DNA from: Candidatus Micrarchaeota archaeon
Lineage (GTDB): Archaea; Micrarchaeota; Micrarchaeia; Anstonellales; Bilamarchaeaceae
DNA: 64,000 nucleotides
Assembly: GCA_040753215.1 (NCBI GenBank)
Contig: JBFMEZ010000025.1
Span: 32,001 to 96,000 of the forward strand
Direction of reading: 5' to 3'
Shown: positions 38,101-46,220 of the stretch, one piece after another
How positions within the stretch are numbered: position 1 is the stretch's first letter
Layout: each line of letters opens with the position of its first letter
Notes under the pieces: model-generated
The model's input: the letters and a program-made list of their open reading frames with translations, nothing else
The model's database searches: none
What the model was told of the DNA's origin: nothing
Translations under genes and position numbers: made by a program

Positions 38101-38816
38101 TCCTCAAGCGCTGCCGCTGTGCGCCACTGCGCCCGCACGCACGGAGGGTACCATCCCATGTCGGGGATTGAATCCCACAGCCCCGAGCTGTCGCATGCTG
38201 TATCATCAACAACAATAAAGCACAGGCCTGCGCCGGGCCCCGCATAATCCGGGCCGCATATCCCAGACCGCCTTATGTCGCCAAGAAGCGCCTCCAGGGC
38301 AGCCCTCCTGCCGTTCACGTCCGCGCCGCCCAGTTCGGCGGAAAACAGCGCATTTTCCATTACCCCTTTCCAGTTTCCAACGTAATTGTACAGGTTCCAG
38401 GAGTATGCCGCCTCAACCGGCACAGAGACTGCGGGCACCGGCATAATCGCTGCGGCCTGCCCCAGCTGCGTGTATGTTGCCAGCTCATCCGCAAACTGCT
38501 TGTGCCGCACCGCGGTGCCGAGCGGCCCCTTCGCGGCGCACCCCTCCGGGCATTCAGAAAAAAGCTGCTCCACCTCGCTCTCCTCAAGGCTTTCGTGGAA
38601 GGGCAGCATCAGCCCGAGCGCATCCATCTGCGATATGTTTGCGGTCGGAGTTATGCTGTACCACATTTCCCAGACGCCGAGGTCCATTATGTATCCGTTG
38701 CCGGCTATCCAGCCGTCATTCTCCCACGGACGCGGGTAGCTCTCCTGCGCCCCGGACGCAAAGGAAAGAAGCAACACGATGGAAAATGCGGACAGAACCA
38801 GGAGTCTCATGCCCAT
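35097..38816 (-). CDS. Large (1239 aa) exported, C-terminally membrane-anchored protein
   Basis: Signal peptide, helical/coiled-coil blocks around a beta-rich region, TM helix ILVLGVTALLVIGVVLFLLL and basic tail. Confidence 0.8.
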   Translation of the reverse strand: MGMRLLVLSAFSIVLLLSFASGAQESYPRPWENDGWIAGNGYIMDLGVWEMWYSITPTANISQMDALGLMLPFHESLEESEVEQLFSECPEGCAAKGPLGTAVRHKQFADELATYTQLGQAAAIMPVPAVSVPVEAAYSWNLYNYVGNWKGVMENALFSAELGGADVNGRRAALEALLGDIRRSGICGPDYAGPGAGLCFIVVDDTACDSSGLWDSIPDMGWYPPCVRAQWRTAAALEEKHADARAAWGDATDQLYALKTVAGEKRAEADDAIYGLSVHNLDKIYLGAESTDVSGVASIRDGYAAVMGEYSEANRLMAGVESAWGERDAGWYKEQYSALLSAAFAYEDVKESSAGLIEDAVGVAEEAGRLAIADLGAAEAMEGRLMQNGQQHLDLARAACGIAEAETSLGTKFGMYAECRMHARIATSNPEMENSTEFAVALAETRSAIAKAEEDGIDTAMERALLGIVEEKRPADSISILMRVREGLLRKAEVMYGRLPEERKELLSVIDGGGQQLAFLRTWFENEECYSGERLDYWCGLGGLGGMESSYSRIRDEVVQRANGAVGNALFVDYHETTTAASLSGESAYALLIEVKNRLGIGGENIAFGVPAGAELRTMDLVEGRERVRTVAYEGGVATIQLYNISPHEEIMLAFSKNYTPCTASDYGRSAVGDVYGNAKVTESMELYCTAGVDSIYVGEDAERAGIDGSWHVLHNGMLTARLPAGRHDFILVSEVPDAYAISKGTETATTIGTKTTVEYMIDIMPAMGLDYVPVWVDESGKSPGRMDIFAYTGERITNKRESSGVAYFEVNGLEEGRLAKVRVRYEFLDARGYVERRLSELENATLGQQAQAYFNNASALYGAGDYDGALAALGDVDAQIEKEGRANAKLFEKHQKLVDETSRKAAELGGAIAAAERAGVTGGYVDEMAARKGYLEEMLAKNLSPAATTSPLEDVDLGWEGRELKKIEKYLKDGEKRIKKEWMALGVDDRNLSAAVDSMEEKNAAFSGTMMFEDGIAALAALQEADAALQNVKARQDAASAEMESALERMLGEARETAAEYREERDAIPRSHRLVSLFEKSPSWIEGRLDALSGSADVGEAMGEVSALNGEMNGVIGFLEGEGARLGASVRELYEESRGGMDESGRAGMDEAIRMAEDYYERKQYAKAILAYENALEALRESGGGDDGILVLGVTALLVIGVVLFLLLGKAGPGLPKGGQHQLRRLKKADYMNEPSLD

Positions 38817-38864
38817 TATTTTGCGGTGAAATGATTATATCCTTTGCCTCGGATACCGAACCAT

Positions 38865-39170
38865 GAGCCTGTTGCAAATTACGAATGCGGCATAATCTCT
38901 GTGGTCCCCTAGTCTTGGGGTCTTGGAGTCCTGTAAGTTTCCGAAGACCTGAAGACCATGCAAGACTTGGAGACAACCACTGATGGGCATCGGCTTTAAT
39001 AATCTCTGTGGTCTCCAGGTCTTGGGGGCCTTGAAGTCTGGTGAGGTCTTGAGTTGTCCTGAGGGTCCTGAAAGTCACACAAGACCCGAAGACCATGCAA
39101 GACATGGAGACAACTGCAAGACCTGGTGACAACAGCTAACGGGCATTGGTTTTAAATTTGCAACACCCTA
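38865..39170. mobile_element. MITE (about 305 bp) with TIRs and a 10-11 bp target-site duplication
   Basis: Ends GAGCCTGTTGCAAATT and AATTTGCAACACCCTA; flanked by ACCGAACCATG at 38855-38865 and 39171-39181; two internal direct-repeat units. Confidence 0.85.
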
Positions 39171-39178
39171 ACCGAACC

Positions 39179-39679
39179 ATGGAGTATTCCGGGCTTATAA
39201 AGAACAGGAGAAGCGTGCGTGCCTTCAGGCCGGAGCCGCTTTCCAAGGAGCAGATAAAAACAATCGCGGATTCGGCAAACCTCGCCCCTTCAGCCGGGAA
39301 CCTGCAGAGCTATGTTTTCTATGTGGCTGTGGACAAGGGGGTCAAGGAGAAGGTCGCCTCAGCGGCGATGGGCCAGGGGTTCATCTCCGAGGCGCCCGCG
39401 GTCTTCGTGTTCTTCGCGAAGGCGCAGCTCTCCGCAAGGAAATACGGGGAACGCGGGAAGCTTTATTCGCTCATAGACGCCACGATTGCCGCCGCGTACG
39501 CCCAGCTCGCAGCGGAAAACCTCGGGCTTGGCTCGGTATGGGTGGGCGCATACGATGACGATGCCGTGAGAGATGCCTTTGGGGAGGACGGCCAGCCGGT
39601 GTGCATACTCCCGGTCGGGCATCCGGCCGAAACCCCCGCAAAACATCCCAGGGCGGACCGGCTCAGGAAAATAATCTAG
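39179..39679 (+). CDS. Nitroreductase family protein
   Basis: IKNRRSVRAF, APSAGNLQ, LGLGSVWVG and PVGHP motifs. Confidence 0.92.
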   Translation: MEYSGLIKNRRSVRAFRPEPLSKEQIKTIADSANLAPSAGNLQSYVFYVAVDKGVKEKVASAAMGQGFISEAPAVFVFFAKAQLSARKYGERGKLYSLIDATIAAAYAQLAAENLGLGSVWVGAYDDDAVRDAFGEDGQPVCILPVGHPAETPAKHPRADRLRKII

Positions 39680-41217
39680 ATCTTTATCTCGCACGCCGCA
39701 ACCGGGTATTCCAGCCCGAATTTTTCCAGGACCGCAGGTGCTATCTCCCCTGCAACCCCGGCTTCCCTCCTAGCCGAGAATATTGAACAGCATCTCCCGG
39801 GCATGAACCTCCCGTCCGCCCCGGCCTTCAGCACAAAATCCATGCCAAGCTCCTTCCCGAGCGCCTGGAGCGCGGACTGCACCGTAGTGAAAGTGACACC
39901 ATTTCCGGTTACCATGAACGCAATGCGCATCTCCTCCTTCCCGTCCCAGACCCCCCCGATTTCGTAGAACTTCTGCGGCAGCCCCCTGGTCTTGTTCACC
40001 TGGCATGTGGAAAGCAGGCCGGGAAGAAGGGAGGTCCTTACAACGGAGAACTCCTCGCTGCCTGAATTTGCGATTGCAGCCCTGCCCGAATCAGCCGTGC
40101 CCTCGAGCATCCTCTCATTCGTGAGCACGTAGTTCTTTGCCTCAAGGAACCCCATGCCGCACATTATAGTGTGCAGGGCCTCAGCCGCATCGCCAAGCGC
40201 CCCTATGGTTGGCAGCGGGGGCAGCTCCGGCTCAAATTTCTCATATCCGTATCCGATTGCAGCATCCTCTATTACGTCTATTAATGAGATTATGTCCATC
40301 CTGTATGGCGGCACAAGCACATGCCCTTCCTTGACGATGTGGCCCATCCTCTCCAGGGCTTCCCTGGCATCCTTCCTGCCCAGCTCCAGCCCGAGAACCC
40401 TGCCCGCCTCCTCCGCATCGTATTTCATTTCCCTGTAGGAAAGGTCCGGGTAATCGTTCCCCCCGGTTTCCACGGAATACACGGCCCCGCCGGCATCCGC
40501 AAACGAAGCCGCAATTATGTTGAGCACCCCTTCCACCGCCTCTTTCGATGTGCCCGTCACATCAAGCAGCACATTCTCCGTGCTCTCCGTAACGCGCGTC
40601 CTCTCGCTGTTTATTATCGGCGGGAAGGATATTATCCCCTCCCTGTCCTTTATAACAACCTTCCCGTGGGCGGCGAGCCCCGCGTACGCGACCCCCTTCG
40701 GGTGCTCGCGCAGCACCTCATCCAGCCCCATCTCCGCGTCCATGTCAAGCGGCACGAACCTCTCATCCGTCCCCACCACATACTCGAGCGGAAACTTAAT
40801 CCCATCCAGGTCGTGGATGCCGATTGCCACCTTCTTCCTTCTTCTCCCGACAGTATCATGGAGCTTCTCCTGCATCTGCATGAGGTTCTGTATTGCTTCG
40901 TCATCAATCTTTACTCCCTTCACAACCCCGCAGCGCACGAACGGCCTTATCGCCTCCACCCCCTTCCCTACCGAGAGCGAATAGCCCGCCTTCTTCACTT
41001 TGTACGAAGGCGCTTTCCCTCCCTCGTAGCATGCGAGCGCCCTGAGCAGCCCCTCAACCGAGAACAGGTCCGGCCTGTTCGGCGTCACTTCCACAACGAG
41101 CCTGCCGCCCTTCTCCTCTGCCGGCGCCCCAATCCTTGTCAGCGCATCCGCTATCTCAGTCCCCCTCAGCCCGCTCCTCTTCTCCAGGATTCCAATGTCC
41201 GCCTCAACCATGGCCAC
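39676..41217 (-). CDS. pheT: Phenylalanine--tRNA ligase beta subunit
   Basis: TPNRPDL, QEKLHDTVGRRRKKVAIGIHDLD and DVIEDAAIGYGY motifs. Confidence 0.95.
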   Translation of the reverse strand: MAMVEADIGILEKRSGLRGTEIADALTRIGAPAEEKGGRLVVEVTPNRPDLFSVEGLLRALACYEGGKAPSYKVKKAGYSLSVGKGVEAIRPFVRCGVVKGVKIDDEAIQNLMQMQEKLHDTVGRRRKKVAIGIHDLDGIKFPLEYVVGTDERFVPLDMDAEMGLDEVLREHPKGVAYAGLAAHGKVVIKDREGIISFPPIINSERTRVTESTENVLLDVTGTSKEAVEGVLNIIAASFADAGGAVYSVETGGNDYPDLSYREMKYDAEEAGRVLGLELGRKDAREALERMGHIVKEGHVLVPPYRMDIISLIDVIEDAAIGYGYEKFEPELPPLPTIGALGDAAEALHTIMCGMGFLEAKNYVLTNERMLEGTADSGRAAIANSGSEEFSVVRTSLLPGLLSTCQVNKTRGLPQKFYEIGGVWDGKEEMRIAFMVTGNGVTFTTVQSALQALGKELGMDFVLKAGADGRFMPGRCCSIFSARREAGVAGEIAPAVLEKFGLEYPVAACEIKI

Positions 41218-41296
41218 CTAAATCAGTCCCCCGCCCCCAGTTTCCGGTTCCCCGTTTTCAGTTTCGGGTTTTTGCCATCCCGTTTCCAGTTGGCCT

Positions 41297-42700
41297 TCAT
41301 CCGCATTCGCCCCCTCCCCTCCTTTCCTTCGCAAGCTTCATCCCGTATTCCGTTGGGTAGTCGCCCGCAAGGCAGCCGGTGCAAAGCCCCAGCCCTATCG
41401 CCTTCTTCAGCCCTTCCAATGAAACATAATAAAGCGTATCAGCCCCTATGAATTTCCTTATCTCTTCGACGCTCTTTTTGTTTGCAATAAGCTCTTCATA
41501 CGTTGACATGTCCACCCCGTAGAAGCACGGGTGCCTTATTGGCGGGCAGGTGACGCGCATGTGTATCTCCCTCGCGCCCGCATCCCTCACCATCCTCAGT
41601 ATCTCCCTGGTGGTCGTGCCCCTGACTATGCTGTCGTCAACAACAATCACGCTCTTCCCTTCCACCACGCCCCTCACAGGGTTCAATTTCGCCTTCACCG
41701 CGCTTATGCGCGCTTTCTGGTCCGGCATTATGAACGTGCGGGCGACGTACCTGTTCTTTATTATGCCCTCCTCATACGGAATCTCCAGAGCCCTTGAAAT
41801 CTCCAGCGCCGCGGTCCTTGCAGTATCCGGTATGGGAACCACCACATCCGCCTTCACGGGCGCCTCCTTCGCGAGCGCAGCGCCCAGCCGCCTCCTCGCC
41901 TCATGCACCCCGACCCCGTTTATCACGGAGTCCGGCCTCGAGAAATAGACATACTCGAACATGCAGTGCCTGTGCGTGGAGGGAACGACCATCTTCTTCC
42001 TGAACCCCTCCCCCGGACTTATGGTCGCCATCTCCCCTCCGCCCAGCGTCCCTATATGTCTTGCACCGTTTATATCAAACGCAACGGTCTCGGATGCTGC
42101 GAAATACGCATCCCCGCTCTCCCCCAGCTCCAGGGGCCTTATCGCGTGCGGGTCCCTGAATGCAAACAGTACGCCGTCCTTTATCGCCACCACCGAATAC
42201 GAACCATCAAGTTTTCCCATCGCGTGCCTCACAGCTCCCTCCACCTCCTTTCCCGCAGCGAACGCCTCCGCGAGCAGGTGCAATATTGCCTCTGAGTCAA
42301 CCGTGCTGGAAAATTTTGCGCCTTTCTTCTCAAGCTCCTTCTTCAGCACATTGTAATTCGCGATGTGCCCGTTGTGCGCCACGGCCAGATTCATCTTATG
42401 CAGGATGGATGGCTGCACGTCCTCTATCCCGAAGCCATCCGTGGTGGGGTAGCGCGTGTGCGCAATCCCGGCGCTCCCGTTCATATCCATATCCTTCTCA
42501 GAGAATATGCGCGAGACCAGCCCAATCCCCCTCTTCTCCTCCAGTTTTTTACCGTTGTAGACCGCCATGCCCGCGGCATCCTGGCCCCTGTGCTGGAGCG
42601 CGAGCATGCCGTTGTAAACGTAGTTAGCCACGGGCTTGCCGGTTTTGGACAGCACGGCGACTATGCCGCAGCTCTCCCGTTTTCCGTTCCCGGTTTTCAT
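41297..42700 (-). CDS. purF: Amidophosphoribosyltransferase
   Basis: Short propeptide then CGI; LQHRGQD, HNGHIAN and VDDSIVRGTT motifs. Start taken at ATG 42700. Confidence 0.96.
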   Translation of the reverse strand: MKTGNGKRESCGIVAVLSKTGKPVANYVYNGMLALQHRGQDAAGMAVYNGKKLEEKRGIGLVSRIFSEKDMDMNGSAGIAHTRYPTTDGFGIEDVQPSILHKMNLAVAHNGHIANYNVLKKELEKKGAKFSSTVDSEAILHLLAEAFAAGKEVEGAVRHAMGKLDGSYSVVAIKDGVLFAFRDPHAIRPLELGESGDAYFAASETVAFDINGARHIGTLGGGEMATISPGEGFRKKMVVPSTHRHCMFEYVYFSRPDSVINGVGVHEARRRLGAALAKEAPVKADVVVPIPDTARTAALEISRALEIPYEEGIIKNRYVARTFIMPDQKARISAVKAKLNPVRGVVEGKSVIVVDDSIVRGTTTREILRMVRDAGAREIHMRVTCPPIRHPCFYGVDMSTYEELIANKKSVEEIRKFIGADTLYYVSLEGLKKAIGLGLCTGCLAGDYPTEYGMKLAKERRGGGECG

Positions 42701-42743
42701 ATCTCTGCGGAGATAACTTGCAGAAACCTGCCGGTTTCCGCAA
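42700..42743 (+). repeat. UNCG hairpin element, short copy 3 (two hairpins)
   Basis: TATCTC-TGCG-GAGATA AC TTGCAGAAACC-TGCC-GGTTTCCGCAA, flanked by heptamer units. Confidence 0.75.
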
Positions 42744-42825
42744 TCCGGTTTCCAGTGCGCCGGCTCGTTTTCCATATCACATCTTTGCCGTTGATGTTTT
42801 AAAAACATCGTTTTGCCCTGCTGAA

Positions 42826-42843
42826 TTGTAACCATGGTTACAA
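42826..42843. repeat. Palindrome TTGTAACCATGGTTACAA, copy 3, followed by a heptamer array
   Basis: Perfect 18-bp palindrome upstream of purF. Confidence 0.9.
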
Positions 42844-42882
42844 ACCAGTTCTCAGTTTCCAGTTCCCTGTTTTCGAAACAGG

Positions 42883-44070
42883 CTAGAAAAACTCGCCCAG
42901 CCTTCTCTGCCTGAGGATTTTGCTCCTCTTCACATATTCCGAAATCCCCTTCCTCAGCCGGCTTCCAGCGGAAGCCAGCGCCTCAGAGAGAGTAGAATAT
43001 TTCCTCACGTTCAGCGTCGCATCCCTCACGTTCTCCCGTACCTGGAACACTCCAACAGGAATCTGGTACCCTTCATAAATTTCCCGTATGGAAACCACCC
43101 GCGCCTGCCTCCTTATCCTGTCCAAAAACTCCAGAACCCCTATGCGCACAGCGTAATATCCGCCCGCCTGCGCGTCCGCATAAGCGGTCCTCCCCCCGAA
43201 CGGCTCGTATTCCCCGCTCACCCGGAAATTATCGCTCCCGGGCGTCCATATTGTCCCTGGCGCCCATGCCTCAAAGTTCTCAAATTCCCATTTTCCCGGC
43301 ATCACAATTATCTCAAAATGATTGGATAGCGATTCATTGCTCAGCACATAGAAATCCGGAACCTCCCCATACCCCCGAACCCTCTCCATCAGGTGCTTCC
43401 CGAGCATGTCATCCGTCGCAGTGATGCTCCACCGCGTGGGCACCATCTTCCTGTTCTCCTGCATCCCAAGAAGCCCTGCAGACAAAACCTTTGTGATATA
43501 ATAGTTATCCAGCCCCGTCTCAAACATCTCCGTGGCAATCTCCCTCGCCTTCGCCCTCTCATGCAGCAATTCATCCGCCTTCTTCGGCACCTTCGGGTTC
43601 TCGCAAAGCCTCACATCCTTCATCGTCCCTGAAGCCCCTATGGGCTGCGCAACGGAAGAAAAAGTGGGGCTGAACACCGGCTCTTTCGAGAATCTCATCT
43701 CCACATCCACCGGCCGCACGCTCATCGCCACATCCTGCGTCTCTTCCGCCATCCTGCCTTCCGGCCTTATCCCCCCATACCTTTTCCCGCGTACAACATT
43801 CACCCTGTGCTCTATTATCTTCTCATAACCCATCTCATACATTTCCCGCTCGCCCGCGTATTCTTTAAGTGGCAGCACCGGCCCCCAGGAAACCGAAGGA
43901 TAGCCGAAGCTGCCCACAAAAACCTCCGCGCTTTCTCCGAAAATATCCTTCTTCCCCAGGCTCTCCTGCCCCCTTCTCATCGCGCCCAGTTTGCTGAGCA
44001 GCGGGCAGTAGTCCAGCCCACACATCTTCCTTGTGCCTTTGCAGATGTGGCAATAGTTGTCCGGTCTCAT
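42883..44070 (-). CDS. nreA: Nre-family DNA repair protein
   Basis: N-terminal CxxCKG...CG...CP, VFVGSFGYP, MVPTRWSITATD and GGYYAVR; C-terminal PIP box QRRLGEFF. Confidence 0.9.
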   Translation of the reverse strand: MRPDNYCHICKGTRKMCGLDYCPLLSKLGAMRRGQESLGKKDIFGESAEVFVGSFGYPSVSWGPVLPLKEYAGEREMYEMGYEKIIEHRVNVVRGKRYGGIRPEGRMAEETQDVAMSVRPVDVEMRFSKEPVFSPTFSSVAQPIGASGTMKDVRLCENPKVPKKADELLHERAKAREIATEMFETGLDNYYITKVLSAGLLGMQENRKMVPTRWSITATDDMLGKHLMERVRGYGEVPDFYVLSNESLSNHFEIIVMPGKWEFENFEAWAPGTIWTPGSDNFRVSGEYEPFGGRTAYADAQAGGYYAVRIGVLEFLDRIRRQARVVSIREIYEGYQIPVGVFQVRENVRDATLNVRKYSTLSEALASAGSRLRKGISEYVKRSKILRQRRLGEFF

Positions 44071-44237
44071 GTAGTTCTCGGTCTCCGGTTTCCAGTTTCC
44101 AGCCCGGGTAGCATACTGTTTATTCCGTTTGCCTTCTAATAAACCTTCGCACGCCTCAGCCCGGTTTTCCCTGCATACATTCCTTACGCCGTCGGCTCCC
44201 AGATAGGTTTATATAACATTTCCGAGTAAATATAGAA

Positions 44238-44972
44238 GTGGTAATGATGGCGCATAAAGCCAGACGTCATTCTAAAGAAAAAAAGAGGCCGAGCGCAAGG
44301 AAGCCCTCCCGTGCGGCAAAGCGCGCTAAGGCAAAGCCCAGCCGCAAGGCCGTGCGTAAGCGCCTGCCCCACGTAAAATCCTGGCCGAAGTCCATGGTTA
44401 AGCTCAGGCCAAAATCCGCACAAAAAACAAAAAAGGCCGCGGAGGCCCCCGCAAGGAAGGAGGCGCCGCCAAAGCCGAACACGGAGCTCCTCACACTACT
44501 CGGAGATGCGCGCATCCGCCAGCTTCTCGTGGATGCGGGCGGCGAGCACACTCTGGAGATAGTAAAATCCTTCTCAAAGGAGCTGAGCGACGATGACCTC
44601 GCCAAGAAGCTCAAGATAAAGATAAGCGATGTCCGCGCCACGCTAAACCGGCTCCACAACATAGGGGTTGTCCAGTACAACCGCTACAAGGATGCGGAGA
44701 CGGGCTGGTTCTCCTATTTCTGGTCCCTCAACATGGATAAGACAAAGGGATGGGTGGAGGAGCAGCTCATGAAGGATTCCGCGCCCGGCGACATCTCCAG
44801 CTCGGAATACTATTTCTGCCCCAAGTGCGGCTCAGAGAGCATCTATGAGTTCGCAGCCGCTTCTGACTACTCCTTCAGGTGCCCGCTCTGCAACCGCGCC
44901 CTTGAATTCGTGGACGAGGATGCAGCGAAGGATTTGTTCCCAAGGGGCCCGAGGCGCCCGTCCACCCCGTAA
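44238..44972 (+). CDS. tfe: Transcription factor E (TFE-alpha) with basic N-terminal extension
   Basis: Winged helix (DDDLAKKL...VRATLNRLH...TGWFSYFW) plus Zn ribbon (CPKC...FRCPLC). Confidence 0.88.
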   Translation: MVMMAHKARRHSKEKKRPSARKPSRAAKRAKAKPSRKAVRKRLPHVKSWPKSMVKLRPKSAQKTKKAAEAPARKEAPPKPNTELLTLLGDARIRQLLVDAGGEHTLEIVKSFSKELSDDDLAKKLKIKISDVRATLNRLHNIGVVQYNRYKDAETGWFSYFWSLNMDKTKGWVEEQLMKDSAPGDISSSEYYFCPKCGSESIYEFAAASDYSFRCPLCNRALEFVDEDAAKDLFPRGPRRPSTP

Positions 44973-45039
44973 TCGGTTCTCTGTCTCCGGTTCCCAGTTT
45001 CCCCGCACGCTTTTATCCCTTTCCTCCTAATCCATAGCC

Positions 45040-45444
45040 ATGGGGAAGGAAAAGCATGAGAAGCGCATACAGGAGATTAACGCCTACTTAGTCCCATCCT
45101 TCCAGGGCAAGTTCCTTATCCTACGCAGGAGGGGCTCCAGCATCTGGGAATTCCCCGGAGGCGGCGTGGACTGGGGCGAGGACCCTTATGCAGCAGCCAT
45201 ACGCGAATGCAGGGAAGAGATAGGGCTCGCGCCCCACTCCGTAAAATTAGTAGGGATAACCTCCGCCACTTATGAGAAAGATGGAACCGAAAAGCACTCC
45301 ATCTACATCGTCTATAAGGGAGAAATAAGCTCGGACAAATACGAATTAGGATTAGAGCATGAGGAGGGAAGGTGGGTTTCCCTCACCGAATTACAGTTCA
45401 TGCACCTCGGGCTGAATGCGCAGGACGTGCCCCAAATGCTTTAA
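45040..45444 (+). CDS. NUDIX hydrolase
   Basis: WEFPGGGVDWGEDPYAAAIRECREEIGL Nudix box. Confidence 0.92.
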   Translation: MGKEKHEKRIQEINAYLVPSFQGKFLILRRRGSSIWEFPGGGVDWGEDPYAAAIRECREEIGLAPHSVKLVGITSATYEKDGTEKHSIYIVYKGEISSDKYELGLEHEEGRWVSLTELQFMHLGLNAQDVPQML

Positions 45445-46208
45445 TCAGTTTTCGGTTCCCTATTTCCAGTTCCGCCCGTTCCCTTCCTCTTCTTCAGGAA
45501 AAATATGTACTTCTCCGCCCTCTCCAATCTGCCCTTCAGCCTTCTCACTTCCGCATCCCTCGCCACCTCCCCAACCCGCGCACTCCTTGCCCTTCTCAGC
45601 TCCGCCTCCAGCCCGTCCGCCCTCGCCTTCTCGTATTCCAGCGCCTTTCTAAGATTTGCATTCTCCTCCGCCAGTCTTGCAACCCGTTCGTCCCTCCTGC
45701 CCGATGCCCCCTCTCTTTTCACTTCCTTCTCTTCTTCCGCCACCCTCTTCTCCTCCTTTCTCGTCAGCATCAGTTCCGCATTGTGCAGAGAATACCCCTG
45801 CACAACCATATGCTTCAATAAATCCCTGTCCAGCGCAGTATCCATCCCCTCAATCTGCCTCAGCCGGTTCTCATACGCGTGGTAGGCCTTCATCGCGCCT
45901 GCGTATGCATCCCTTATGTGCACATCATCAATGAACCTGCCCATTTCCTTCTTCTCCTCCTGCGTGAGGCTCCGCTCAGGATAAGACAACCGTACATTGA
46001 ACCTTGCAGCCACCTTCTGCACAAAGCTGGGAGGCGGATTCACATCGCTCGCAATCAGGGAAGGAACGCCCACCTTCCTTATGATTTCCACAACCCTCTC
46101 GTCGCTTGCCTCCTTCTCGCATCCAGAGGCAACAAGCTCGCCTTTCAAATTGAGTGCCGCAAAAGCCGTATACACGCCCGGGTCAATGCCAACAATGAGG
46201 TGTTGTAT
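45441..46208 (-). CDS. DUF460-family protein (RNase H-like N-terminus plus coiled coil), probable non-canonical start
   Basis: The frame extends upstream of GTG 46175 through IQHLIVGIDPG; only an ATA (46208) is available before the in-frame TAG. IASDVNPPP and HIRDAYAGA motifs. Confidence 0.75.
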   Translation of the reverse strand: MQHLIVGIDPGVYTAFAALNLKGELVASGCEKEASDERVVEIIRKVGVPSLIASDVNPPPSFVQKVAARFNVRLSYPERSLTQEEKKEMGRFIDDVHIRDAYAGAMKAYHAYENRLRQIEGMDTALDRDLLKHMVVQGYSLHNAELMLTRKEEKRVAEEEKEVKREGASGRRDERVARLAEENANLRKALEYEKARADGLEAELRRARSARVGEVARDAEVRRLKGRLERAEKYIFFLKKRKGTGGTGNREPKTD

Positions 46209-46220
46209 CCAATCCCCTTC

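Noticed and set aside
38892..39154. Possible CRISPR array
   Set aside because: Only two long degenerate units with related interiors; no constant repeat with unique spacers. TIRs and a TSD indicate a MITE.
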